From a virus, in the IMG/VR virus record IMGVR_UViG_3300019776_000078, positions 3,384 to 67,383 of that record: DNA of 64,000 bases, one strand, 5' to 3'. Under the pieces are notes generated by a model that was not told the DNA's origin, searched no databases, and worked only from the letters and a program-made list of their open reading frames with translations. Shown here piece after piece: positions 10,020 through 18,674 of this stretch. Within the stretch, counting starts at the first letter, position 1, and each line of letters opens with the position of its first letter. The position numbers and the translations under genes are program-made.

Positions 10020-10582
10020 TGTCTTTAATACTAACAGGCAACTCCTCTACTTTAACTGTTGATAGCACCAACGGTATTACTTACCCAAACAGTACTACAC
10101 AGAATAGTGCGGGAGCCGTTCTTCAGCTTCTACAAACCTATTACAAAACAACAGAAACTTTAGCGTCTAACACTTGGACTGCTACTGGATTGTCTGCAAC
10201 AATTACTCCTAAGTTTGCAACCAGCAAGATATTTGTAATGGTTACTATTAACGCAAGTACTGGATCAGATACTTACGGTGCATTTAAGCTTTATAGAAAC
10301 GGCGCAGAAGTAACAGGAGCAACTTCCAATCAATCTTCTGGAACTCCTCCAAACTCATTTATAGCCATACCAGCTATTTATGGTCAGACTTGGACTTACT
10401 CTTTAGCCAATAATTACTTAGATAGCCCAGCAACTACAAGCGCCCAAACATACACTTTGTACTGGGCAAGAACATACAACACTGGAACTCTGTATATGAA
10501 CCGCCCTGCTACAGTTGATACTGGCAATACGTATACTGTTTTTGCACCATCTAGCATTACATTAATGGAGGTAGCAGGATAA
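10019..10582 (+). CDS. short tail fibre / receptor-binding protein
   Basis: ITPKFATSKI...YLDSPATTSA...ITLMEVAG; paralog of 7625..8209. Confidence 0.65.
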   Translation: MSLILTGNSSTLTVDSTNGITYPNSTTQNSAGAVLQLLQTYYKTTETLASNTWTATGLSATITPKFATSKIFVMVTINASTGSDTYGAFKLYRNGAEVTGATSNQSSGTPPNSFIAIPAIYGQTWTYSLANNYLDSPATTSAQTYTLYWARTYNTGTLYMNRPATVDTGNTYTVFAPSSITLMEVAG

Positions 10583-11595
10583 TGCCATACGGAATCTTAG
10601 CCGCCGATCAAATTCAGACTAGTGTGACAGGTGTAAGTCTTGGCGCTGGTAATGCTACACGCTTTAAAAACCGTATTATTAACGGTGATATGCGTATTGA
10701 CCAGCGTAATGCTGGGGCTAGTGTTACACCGGGTTCTGGTGGAACTTATACAGTGGATAGATGGCAATATTACGCATCTCAAGCATCTAAATTTACAGTT
10801 CAACAAAACGCTGGTTCAGTAACACCACCAACAGGTTTTACAAACTATCTAGGTCTAACAGTAGCATCAGCCGTATCCGTAGGATCTGGAGACTATTTTT
10901 TTGTGCAACAGCCTATCGAAGGATATAATGTCGCTGATTTAGGTTTTGGAACAGCAAATGCTAAAACAATTACTATTTCGTTTCAAGTTTATAGTTCACT
11001 AACGGGAACGTTTGGTGGGGCAATATTAAATAGTGCAACAAATAGATCTTATGCATTTAACTATACTATTTCTTCAGCAAACACTTGGACACCTGTAAGC
11101 GTTACGATTGCCGGGGATACAACCGGAACTTGGCTGACTAACAATAGCGTAGGAATTGTATTGCGTTTTGGTTTAGGAGCTGGTTCAACTTATTCTCAAG
11201 CAGCAGGATCTTGGGGAACAGGAAACGTTATTCAATCTACAGGTTCGGTTTCTGTAGTAGGAACCAATGGGGCCACATTTTATTTCACTGGTGTACAACT
11301 AGAAGTAGGTAGTATTGCTACTGGATTTGAGTATGTTGATTATGGTACTCAATTAAATATGTGCCAAAGATATTATGAAATTGGTGGAAGTAATTCATTT
11401 GTTGTTGTTTCCTCTATTGGTGGCAGATATCCTTCTCAACCTTTTAGAGTAACAAAACGAACATCTCCCACTATGGTTTTAACACTAGGCGCAGGTTCTG
11501 GAGCAACTGTTAGCCCTGATGCAACAGGTTTTTATCAAAATAGCAACAATTCTCAAGATGCAAATTGCGCTTTTACAGCGTCTGCGGAGTTATAA
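10582..11595 (+). CDS. tail fibre protein with carbohydrate-binding-like domain
   Basis: FKNRIINGDMRIDQR...GVQLEVGS.AT.FE...CQRYY motif typical of phage fibre proteins. Confidence 0.7.
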   Translation: MPYGILAADQIQTSVTGVSLGAGNATRFKNRIINGDMRIDQRNAGASVTPGSGGTYTVDRWQYYASQASKFTVQQNAGSVTPPTGFTNYLGLTVASAVSVGSGDYFFVQQPIEGYNVADLGFGTANAKTITISFQVYSSLTGTFGGAILNSATNRSYAFNYTISSANTWTPVSVTIAGDTTGTWLTNNSVGIVLRFGLGAGSTYSQAAGSWGTGNVIQSTGSVSVVGTNGATFYFTGVQLEVGSIATGFEYVDYGTQLNMCQRYYEIGGSNSFVVVSSIGGRYPSQPFRVTKRTSPTMVLTLGAGSGATVSPDATGFYQNSNNSQDANCAFTASAEL

Positions 11596-11769
11596 ATGGA
11601 ATACAACTATCAAGAAGTTTTAGACCCTTTAACAAAACAAGTAAGCACTCAAATGATATTAAGATTGCCTGACAATGCTTGTATACCTAACGACCCAGCA
11701 AACACAGATTGGCAAGCCTATCAAGCTTGGCTAGCCGAGGGCGGAGTTCCGTTGCCACCAGAAGCATGA
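11596..11769 (+). CDS. tail fibre assembly chaperone-like protein, 57 aa (absent from ORF track)
   Basis: Manually translated ...IPNDPANTDWQAYQAWLAEGGVPLPPEA; follows a fibre gene. Confidence 0.65.
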   Translation: MEYNYQEVLDPLTKQVSTQMILRLPDNACIPNDPANTDWQAYQAWLAEGGVPLPPEA

Positions 11770-12419
11770 ATCTAATAGACAACAAATACTCTCGTTGGTA
11801 TTACGCCATCATATCTAAAGCGCAAGCAGAAGGTAGAGTAAAGTCTGGTTCAAAGGTACATTATGACCGCCACCATATTATTCCAACCAGCTTGGGTGGA
11901 GGCAATGAAAGATCCAATAAGGTTTGGTTGACAAGTCGTGAACACTTTATTTGTCATACATTGCTTATGAAATGCACAGAAGGAAAATCCAAGGTAAGCA
12001 TGGCTTGTGCTTGGCATAGAATGTCAACCAATGAACGCTATAACAGTAAACAATATGCAAATTTACGCAATCAGTACAGACAGTTGATGACTGGATCAAA
12101 TAACCCATTCTTTGGAAAAACACATAGTTCTGAAACTATTGATCGTATTAGAACTCAGAAAGTTGGTAAATCAGTTAACAAGGGTGCTTATCGCTCTCCT
12201 GAGAATAAAGCTAAAATATCAGCATCTTTGAAGGGTCGTAAAAATCCTGCCGCTTCCGAACGACAGCGTGGCAAACCGCTTTCTAAAGAAACTTGTAAAA
12301 AGATTAGTGACGCTGCAAAAGGTAGAGTGTTTAGCTCTGAAACAAAAGAAAAGATACGTCAAGCCGCAATAGCTCAATGGGCTAGGCAAAGATCAACACC
12401 GCTCCCACCTCCAGCATAA
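11766..12419 (+). CDS. HNH homing endonuclease with NUMOD3-like repeats
   Basis: HHIIPTSLGG...LTSREHFICH.LL; NPFFGKTHSSET and repeated SxETxxKIS motifs; ATG at 11766 overlaps upstream TGA. Confidence 0.85.
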   Translation: MNLIDNKYSRWYYAIISKAQAEGRVKSGSKVHYDRHHIIPTSLGGGNERSNKVWLTSREHFICHTLLMKCTEGKSKVSMACAWHRMSTNERYNSKQYANLRNQYRQLMTGSNNPFFGKTHSSETIDRIRTQKVGKSVNKGAYRSPENKAKISASLKGRKNPAASERQRGKPLSKETCKKISDAAKGRVFSSETKEKIRQAAIAQWARQRSTPLPPPA

Positions 12420-13501
12420 TGTCGTCCATAAATGCCATTCCTGATCCACAGCTTGGCTTGCTCGTAATATCGGGCGATAACACATCCACGCTTACGCTTC
12501 AGACAAATAGCATAAATGCAATAAGCATAGCTTCAACACAGGTAGCTAACTTTACCAGCACTGGCGCAATTATTTTGCCGTCAGGAACTACCGCACAAAG
12601 ACCCACAGGTGCAAATGTCGCCAACGGAATGATGCGGTATAACACCGATACCATTACTTTAGAGGCATATCTTACTAATGTGTGGATTAATGTTGCAGTA
12701 GGAACTTACACTGCTAGTTACTTAATTGTTGCTGGTGGTGGTTCTGGTGGGCAAAATCGTGGCGCTGGTGGTGGTGCTGGTGGTTTAATAACTGGAACTA
12801 CTTCATTAACTCCGGGGACTTCATATTCATTTACCGTAGGGGCTGGAGCCGCTACAACTGGTACTCCCGCAAGCGGCGGTATCAGGGGTTCTAATTCATC
12901 TGCATTTAGCTTAACTGCAGTTGGAGGGGGCGGCGGTGTTTCTGCTGATGGAAACCAAGGCAATCAATCTGGTGGTTCAGGTGGTGGTGGCTGTGGTATA
13001 TCTTTTACCACTGGAGGAACAGCTACATCTGGTCAAGGTAATGCTGGTGGCAACGCCGTTTATTCCCCGCCATATTACGGAGCAGGGGGTGGTGGTGGCG
13101 CTGGCGCTGCTGGCGGTAATGGATCAGTTGTTAATGGCGGTAAGGGTGGTGACGGTCTAGCTTCAACAATTACAGGTTCCAGTGTATATTATGCTGGCGG
13201 TGGTGGTGGATCTACATATGGTGGCGGAGTTGGTGGCGCTGGTGGTCTTGGCGGCGGTGGCGCAGCTCCAAACGGCGGAACTGGTTCAAACGGTACTGCA
13301 GGCACTGCCAATACAGGCGGTGGTGGAGGCGGTGGCTCTGGGAATCCAACAGGTAACGGTGGCTTAGGTGGTTCAGGTGTAGTTATTATTTCTATACCGA
13401 CCGTTAATTATTCCAATGTAACCACAGGATCGCCTACTGTAACTACATCAGGCTCCAGTACAATTCTTACATATACATCCTCTGGGACATATACAGCATG
13501 A
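12419..13501 (+). CDS. glycine-rich tail fibre / receptor-binding protein
   Basis: PSGTTAQRP..GMMRYN adaptor then YLIVAGGG...GSGVVII poly-Gly domain. Confidence 0.75.
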   Translation: MSSINAIPDPQLGLLVISGDNTSTLTLQTNSINAISIASTQVANFTSTGAIILPSGTTAQRPTGANVANGMMRYNTDTITLEAYLTNVWINVAVGTYTASYLIVAGGGSGGQNRGAGGGAGGLITGTTSLTPGTSYSFTVGAGAATTGTPASGGIRGSNSSAFSLTAVGGGGGVSADGNQGNQSGGSGGGGCGISFTTGGTATSGQGNAGGNAVYSPPYYGAGGGGGAGAAGGNGSVVNGGKGGDGLASTITGSSVYYAGGGGGSTYGGGVGGAGGLGGGGAAPNGGTGSNGTAGTANTGGGGGGGSGNPTGNGGLGGSGVVIISIPTVNYSNVTTGSPTVTTSGSSTILTYTSSGTYTA

Positions 13502-14586
13502 CAACAATCATTAACGCTAACGCTTCTGGTTTAACCAGCACAGTAGATAATTCTGGCACTTTAGCACTGCAAACTGGCGGCTCTAATGCAATCGTTATTG
13601 GCGCAACTCAAGTTGCTAATTTTGCTAGTACGGGCGGCATGATTGTCCCAGTTGGCACAACAGCCCAAAGACCTACTGGCGTGAACGGAATGATTCGATA
13701 CAACTCCGATAGCCCTGCTCAATTAGAAGCTTATTTAAATGGTGCTTGGGTGACTGTAAAAGCAGGATCATATCAAGTTGCATTCTTGGTTATTGCAGGC
13801 GGTGGTGGTGGTGCCGTATGGAACGGCGGTAAATCATGCGGCGGCGGTGGAGCTGGTGGATATAGAACATCTGTTGGGACAAGTGGTGGCGGTGCAAGCG
13901 CAGAATCAAATGTTTCAGTAACACCCGGCACTTCATACACAATTACAGTAGGCGCTGGTGGAGGCCAAGCAACACAAGGAAGTAACTCTACATTTGCTTC
14001 TATTACATCTGTTGGCGGTGGTGGCGGTGGCTATTCTGCTGCACCAAATGCTGGTGGTGCTGGTGGATCTGGAGGTGGCGGTGGAGCAAATGCGTCATCT
14101 GGAGCTGCTGCGGGCGCTGGAACTGCCAACCAAGGTTATAACGGTGGTACTGGCGTAACTAACTGGTCTGGAGGCGGTGGCGGTGCTGGTACTGCTGGAG
14201 CTACTGGAGGCGGTGGTTATGCAGGACGAGGTGGTGATGGTGTAGCAAGTACTATTACTGGTTCTTCTGTAACAAGAGCGGGCGGTGGTGGCGGTGGTGG
14301 TAGTACAAGTGAATCCATTAACGGTCAAGACGGCGGTTCAGGAGGCGGTGGTAACGGTGCTGGTGCGCAACGTCCGGGCAGTGGTGGCGCTGGTACTGCA
14401 TACACAGGCTCAGGCGGTGGTGGTGGATCTGACGGTTATAGTGGCGGTAATGGTGGTGCAGGCGTAGTAATCTTATCCATACCAACCTCATCCTATTCTG
14501 GAGTTACTACTGGCAGTCCTTCTGTAGCTACTTCTGGTAGCAACACTATTTTGACTTATACATCTAGCGGTACTTACACAGCCTAA
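13498..14586 (+). CDS. glycine-rich tail fibre / receptor-binding protein
   Basis: Paralog of 12419..13501; identical TILTYTSSGTYTA terminus. Confidence 0.75.
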   Translation: MTTIINANASGLTSTVDNSGTLALQTGGSNAIVIGATQVANFASTGGMIVPVGTTAQRPTGVNGMIRYNSDSPAQLEAYLNGAWVTVKAGSYQVAFLVIAGGGGGAVWNGGKSCGGGGAGGYRTSVGTSGGGASAESNVSVTPGTSYTITVGAGGGQATQGSNSTFASITSVGGGGGGYSAAPNAGGAGGSGGGGGANASSGAAAGAGTANQGYNGGTGVTNWSGGGGGAGTAGATGGGGYAGRGGDGVASTITGSSVTRAGGGGGGGSTSESINGQDGGSGGGGNGAGAQRPGSGGAGTAYTGSGGGGGSDGYSGGNGGAGVVILSIPTSSYSGVTTGSPSVATSGSNTILTYTSSGTYTA

Positions 14587-14588
14587 TT

Positions 14589-15551
14589 ATGTTTGGTATA
14601 AGTTCATTCGCCCAGTCACCTTTTGCTTCTTTAGCAGGGAATAGCTACAGCTTACAGACTAACGAATCGTTTACTTTTACCGATGCCTTTGCAAGTACTG
14701 CAAACTTTACAGCTACTGCATTTGAATCGTTTACTTTATCTACTGACGATAGCCCAGTATTTGAGTTTTATGTATTTAGCAACGATACTATTTCGTTATC
14801 TGAAGCTGCGAATGGTTATTGGAATACCTCGGCTCAAACTAGCGAAACAATCACATTAACCGATACACCAGCTGGGGCATGGGATACCTATGCCAATCAA
14901 GACGAAACAACGACCCTATCAGAAGACATTAGCACCCAAGTAGTATTTAATCCAACTTATGCAGAAGCCATGGACATTTATGCGCTTCAAGATGCACAGG
15001 TTCAATTTACTATTACCGTTGCTGAAAATACTACAGTCAATACCTCTATTGCTGGACCACAGGGCTTTGCTGTAACAACTACAGACTCTATAACCTTAAC
15101 AGACGCCTTGTCAGGAGTTGCTAACTTTGCTGGTGTATTAGTCGAGGAATTTAGTATTACTGATGAAGCACCTGGTAATTTTGATTTCTTTGTAAATGAC
15201 AATGAAACCGTTACTTTATTGGATACCTACGTAGGCATTAGATCTGCGTTAGGAAACTACACAGACACAGTAACCCTAGTTGACACTGTTTCAGCCCGTT
15301 ATGACTGGGTTGGTGCCTTAGTTGAATCCTATAGCCTAACCGATGCCGAGGCTGGATCTGCCGATTTTGCGGGGGTTGTAACGGATTTAATGACTATTTA
15401 TGAGTCGCTTTTCACCCGTGGTTGGATTACAATCAACGACGGACAGACCCCAAATTGGGCTAATATTGTAACGGCTAATGCCGGAACTTGGACCATGATT
15501 AACAATACTGCAAACACAAGCTGGATTAACGTAAACGATTATCAAGGATAG
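14589..15551 (+). CDS. acidic repetitive virion protein
   Basis: MFGISSFAQSPFA N-terminus; roughly 19-aa periodic E/D-x-[FIT]-T-L-[TS]-[DE] repeats; no Lys. Confidence 0.55.
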   Translation: MFGISSFAQSPFASLAGNSYSLQTNESFTFTDAFASTANFTATAFESFTLSTDDSPVFEFYVFSNDTISLSEAANGYWNTSAQTSETITLTDTPAGAWDTYANQDETTTLSEDISTQVVFNPTYAEAMDIYALQDAQVQFTITVAENTTVNTSIAGPQGFAVTTTDSITLTDALSGVANFAGVLVEEFSITDEAPGNFDFFVNDNETVTLLDTYVGIRSALGNYTDTVTLVDTVSARYDWVGALVESYSLTDAEAGSADFAGVVTDLMTIYESLFTRGWITINDGQTPNWANIVTANAGTWTMINNTANTSWINVNDYQG

Positions 15552-15554
15552 ACT

Positions 15555-17006
15555 ATGCCATCCACCTACTCACCCTCGCTAAAACTAGAGCTTATCGGTA
15601 CAGGCGAACAAGCTGGCACTTGGGGTACCACTACCAACTATAACCTAGGAACCCTAGTAGAACAGGCAATTACTGGCGTTATTACCATTAATATGGGCGA
15701 TGCCACTTATACGCTAACTAACTACAACGGTTTATCAGACGAGGCACGTAATGCTGTTTTAATGCTAAATGGGCCAATTACTTCTCCTCAAAACGTCATT
15801 ATTCCCCCACAGCAAAAAGTCTATATTGTACGTAACCGTACCGGAAACTCAGTTACTTTAACTGCTAACGTAGGTGGGGTAAACGTAAGTATTGCAAATG
15901 CGGCTAGTGAAGTAGTATTTTGTGATGGGTCAAACGTATACAGCGCAACTCAGTTTAACTACATTGACGGCAACTTAACTGTTACAGGAAATACCTCAAT
16001 TGGCGGAAGTTTGCAAGTTGGAACTACCATCACTCTTGGTGGAGATATGTATGGAAACTCCGCGTCAGGACAATGGTACGTTCCAGTAGGAAATTCAACG
16101 GTTCGTACCAATGCCCCAATTGAAGGCCTTATTCGATACAACACAGACTTGCAAGCTTACGAAGGTTACGCCAATTCTAATTGGGTTACATTTAATGTTT
16201 CCAGAGAAGGCGTATATAGCGTTAATTATTTCTTAGTAGGCGGTGGCGGTGGCGGTGGTGCTTACTCAACATCTCCATATGTATTTGATGGAGGCGGTGG
16301 CGGTGCTGGTGGCTATTTATCTAGCGCGTTATCTAGTGCATATACAGTAACTCCGGGCGTAACCTATACGTTTGTAGTTGGCGGAGGAGGTGGAACTTCT
16401 ACCAATGGATCTAATACCACAGCATTTGGCTTCCTTGCATATGGTGGAGGCGGTGGTGGTAGTGGAGCTGGTCCACAAAGCGGTCAATTTGGTGGCTCAG
16501 GCGGTGGTGGTACAGCTGGTCAAGGTGGTGGTGCTAGCGTATCAGGCCAAGGAAATAATGGATCTGGCGCTGCAGGATCATCTGCGGGTGGCGGTGGTGG
16601 TGCAAGTGCTGCGGCTAGTGGCTCAAATGGTGGTGCTGGAACATCTACATCAATTACTGGTTCCGCAGTTTACTATTGCGGCGGCGGTGGCGGTGGTACA
16701 TACGATAGCTTTCCAACTGGTGGCCAAGGCGGTATTGGAGGCGGCGGTAACGGCGGTAATTCTGTAGGTAATGGTTATGGCGTTGCTGGAACACAAAACA
16801 CTGGAGGCGGCGGTGGTGGTGCATCTTCATTGCAAAACAGCAATCCTCCAGTTGGCGGTGGCCCAGCTTCAGGTGGATCTGGTGTTGTAATTGTTTCTAT
16901 TCCAACAGATCGCTATACAGGAACAACCACAGGATCTCCATTAGTGTCTACATTTGGTAATGCCACAATTTTGAAGTACACATCATCTGGAACTTATACG
17001 GCTTAA
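15555..17006 (+). CDS. tail fibre protein with glycine-rich C-terminal domain
   Basis: MPSTYSPSLKLELIGTGEQAGTWGTTTN anchor-type N-terminus; Gly-rich domain ending YTSSGTYTA. Confidence 0.75.
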   Translation: MPSTYSPSLKLELIGTGEQAGTWGTTTNYNLGTLVEQAITGVITINMGDATYTLTNYNGLSDEARNAVLMLNGPITSPQNVIIPPQQKVYIVRNRTGNSVTLTANVGGVNVSIANAASEVVFCDGSNVYSATQFNYIDGNLTVTGNTSIGGSLQVGTTITLGGDMYGNSASGQWYVPVGNSTVRTNAPIEGLIRYNTDLQAYEGYANSNWVTFNVSREGVYSVNYFLVGGGGGGGAYSTSPYVFDGGGGGAGGYLSSALSSAYTVTPGVTYTFVVGGGGGTSTNGSNTTAFGFLAYGGGGGGSGAGPQSGQFGGSGGGGTAGQGGGASVSGQGNNGSGAAGSSAGGGGGASAAASGSNGGAGTSTSITGSAVYYCGGGGGGTYDSFPTGGQGGIGGGGNGGNSVGNGYGVAGTQNTGGGGGGASSLQNSNPPVGGGPASGGSGVVIVSIPTDRYTGTTTGSPLVSTFGNATILKYTSSGTYTA

Positions 17007-17007
17007 C

Positions 17008-17211
17008 ATGAGACGCAAGACTAGGGGTGCTATGCACTCGAAGACCATGTGGTTTTCTCTTGCGTTGATGATATTAGGCGTTATATACGATAACTTTAGC
17101 TATGTGCAAAACATCATTGATCCTCGATTTTACGGCATTATTCTTATTGCTATTGGCATTGTGGTTGCTGTTCTCCGTTTTGTAACAACCTTACCTTTGG
17201 ACGAAAAATGA
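17008..17211 (+). CDS. putative holin
   Basis: 67 aa, basic N-terminus, two transmembrane segments, upstream of endolysin. Confidence 0.55.
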   Translation: MRRKTRGAMHSKTMWFSLALMILGVIYDNFSYVQNIIDPRFYGIILIAIGIVVAVLRFVTTLPLDEK

Positions 17212-17753
17212 AATATCTCATCTATGCAATCCAAGTAGTCATTAATCTAATCGGCGTTGTGCTGACATTCCCGTTAGCATTCATCATTGGCATTATGTAT
17301 TCCACTCAAATTGGCTGGTGTAACAACGGCACAGTCTGGGAATCTGGCCCACGCCTATGGTCTTTCCTATCATGGTTTCAAACGCCCGATAACTCTTTAG
17401 ACGGCGACCAGACTTTTCGTTCACTACATAACCCTTGCTGGTGGTCAAAAGTCCAATGGCTATGGCGTAACCCATTCTATGGATTTGCTGTCAAGTATCT
17501 GCATGGCACAGAAGACATGAGCTACCAAGGCAACATCAACTGCAATGACAAGACCGAAGGCACTATCCGTGTAGAAGGTCAGGGACTATGGCAGTACAAC
17601 AGCTACCATAAGTTATTCGGTAAGATGGTCTGCTTAAACTTTGGGCATAACATCCGTGCTTTAGTTGATCCAGCGTATATCAATGATCCTACCAACAAGG
17701 ACTTCATTGCTAACTTCCCAGCAACATTTGCGTTCACTATTAGGTTCGTCTAA
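17208..17753 (+). CDS. membrane-anchored phage protein (WFQTPDNSLDGD...WLWRNP family)
   Basis: N-terminal hydrophobic helix; Trp-rich motif; inside the lysis cassette. Confidence 0.5.
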   Translation: MKYLIYAIQVVINLIGVVLTFPLAFIIGIMYSTQIGWCNNGTVWESGPRLWSFLSWFQTPDNSLDGDQTFRSLHNPCWWSKVQWLWRNPFYGFAVKYLHGTEDMSYQGNINCNDKTEGTIRVEGQGLWQYNSYHKLFGKMVCLNFGHNIRALVDPAYINDPTNKDFIANFPATFAFTIRFV

Positions 17754-18172
17754 TGTTTCCGCTACCGATTACCACTTGGATCTCCATCGGCGCTGTTGTA
17801 TTGGCGCTGGCTGGCTTTGGCTATGGCAAGTATGAGTCTGCCAAGTACGATGCTTATGTTGCTAAAGCAGAAGCACAAGCTAAAGAACAGGAATTGATTA
17901 ACAAAGCAAAGGCTAGAGAAGCCGAACAAGTAACTGAAAAGGTGAAAAATGATTACCAGAATAAGCTCGATATTCTTAAGCGTACTTATGGTGGGATGCG
18001 CCTCCCCAACGCCAGTCAAACAAGCACAGTTCCCGGAGCCGCCAGTGGTCTTGATGGCACCCCCTCCGACCCTAAATTTATTGAAAAATGTGCAATCACC
18101 ACCCAACAATTAGTAAGCTTGCAGGGTTGGCTAAATGAGCAAATAGGCATCTTTAATGCTAAACAATTTTAA
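17753..18172 (+). CDS. Rz-like spanin
   Basis: N-terminal transmembrane helix, coiled coil, C-terminal C...QLxxLQxW; adjacent to endolysin. Confidence 0.6.
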   Translation: MFPLPITTWISIGAVVLALAGFGYGKYESAKYDAYVAKAEAQAKEQELINKAKAREAEQVTEKVKNDYQNKLDILKRTYGGMRLPNASQTSTVPGAASGLDGTPSDPKFIEKCAITTQQLVSLQGWLNEQIGIFNAKQF

Positions 18173-18668
18173 TACTTGTTTAAGCAAGCTTCTTGTCCAT
18201 GAAGGTGGATTTGTAAACCATCCATCAGATCCTGGTGGCATGACAAATTTGGGCGTAACTGCTAAAGTATGGGCAGAGTGGGTAGGCCATGATGTTAACG
18301 AAAAGATTATGAGAAGCCTCACACCATCTGATGTAGCACCTTTATATAAAAGGAAATACTGGGATGCTTGCAGAGCTGATGAGCTTGTATCTGGTCTTGA
18401 CTACGCTGTTTTTGACTTCGCTGTTAATTCAGGGGTCGGACGCGCAGCTAAGACTCTTCAGAATTGTGTCGGGGTTACTCCTGATGGCGGTATTGGTCCA
18501 GCTACTTTGGCTGCCGTAAAGACCAAAGATCCCAAGGAATTAATCGAAAACGTTTGCGATAAACGTCTAGATTTCTTAAAATCACTACCAACCTTCGCCA
18601 CGTTCGGTAAGGGATGGGAACGTCGTGTCAATGATGTCAAAGCAGATGCTTTGAAGATGTTAGGGTAA
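18156..18668 (+). CDS. endolysin, glycoside hydrolase family 108 with peptidoglycan-binding domain
   Basis: HEGGFVNHPSDPGGMTNLGVT; FDFAVNSG; DGGIGPATL; FGKGWERRV. Confidence 0.9.
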   Translation: MLNNFNTCLSKLLVHEGGFVNHPSDPGGMTNLGVTAKVWAEWVGHDVNEKIMRSLTPSDVAPLYKRKYWDACRADELVSGLDYAVFDFAVNSGVGRAAKTLQNCVGVTPDGGIGPATLAAVKTKDPKELIENVCDKRLDFLKSLPTFATFGKGWERRVNDVKADALKMLG

Positions 18669-18674
18669 ACCCGA

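Noticed and set aside
1945-12419. HNH genes as group I intron-encoded ORFs
   Set aside because: No noncoding room for intron core structure; flanking genes appear intact without splicing
12718-16767. Alternative-frame Val-rich or Pro/Thr-rich ORFs (e.g. 12921, 14095, 16378)
   Set aside because: Shadows of GGT/GGC poly-Gly codons; no independent RBS
12419-17006. Similar 3' ends of the three Gly-rich fibre genes as a DGR template/variable repeat pair
   Set aside because: Differences are mostly synonymous rather than adenine-specific, all copies are in coding genes, and no reverse transcriptase is present in the window
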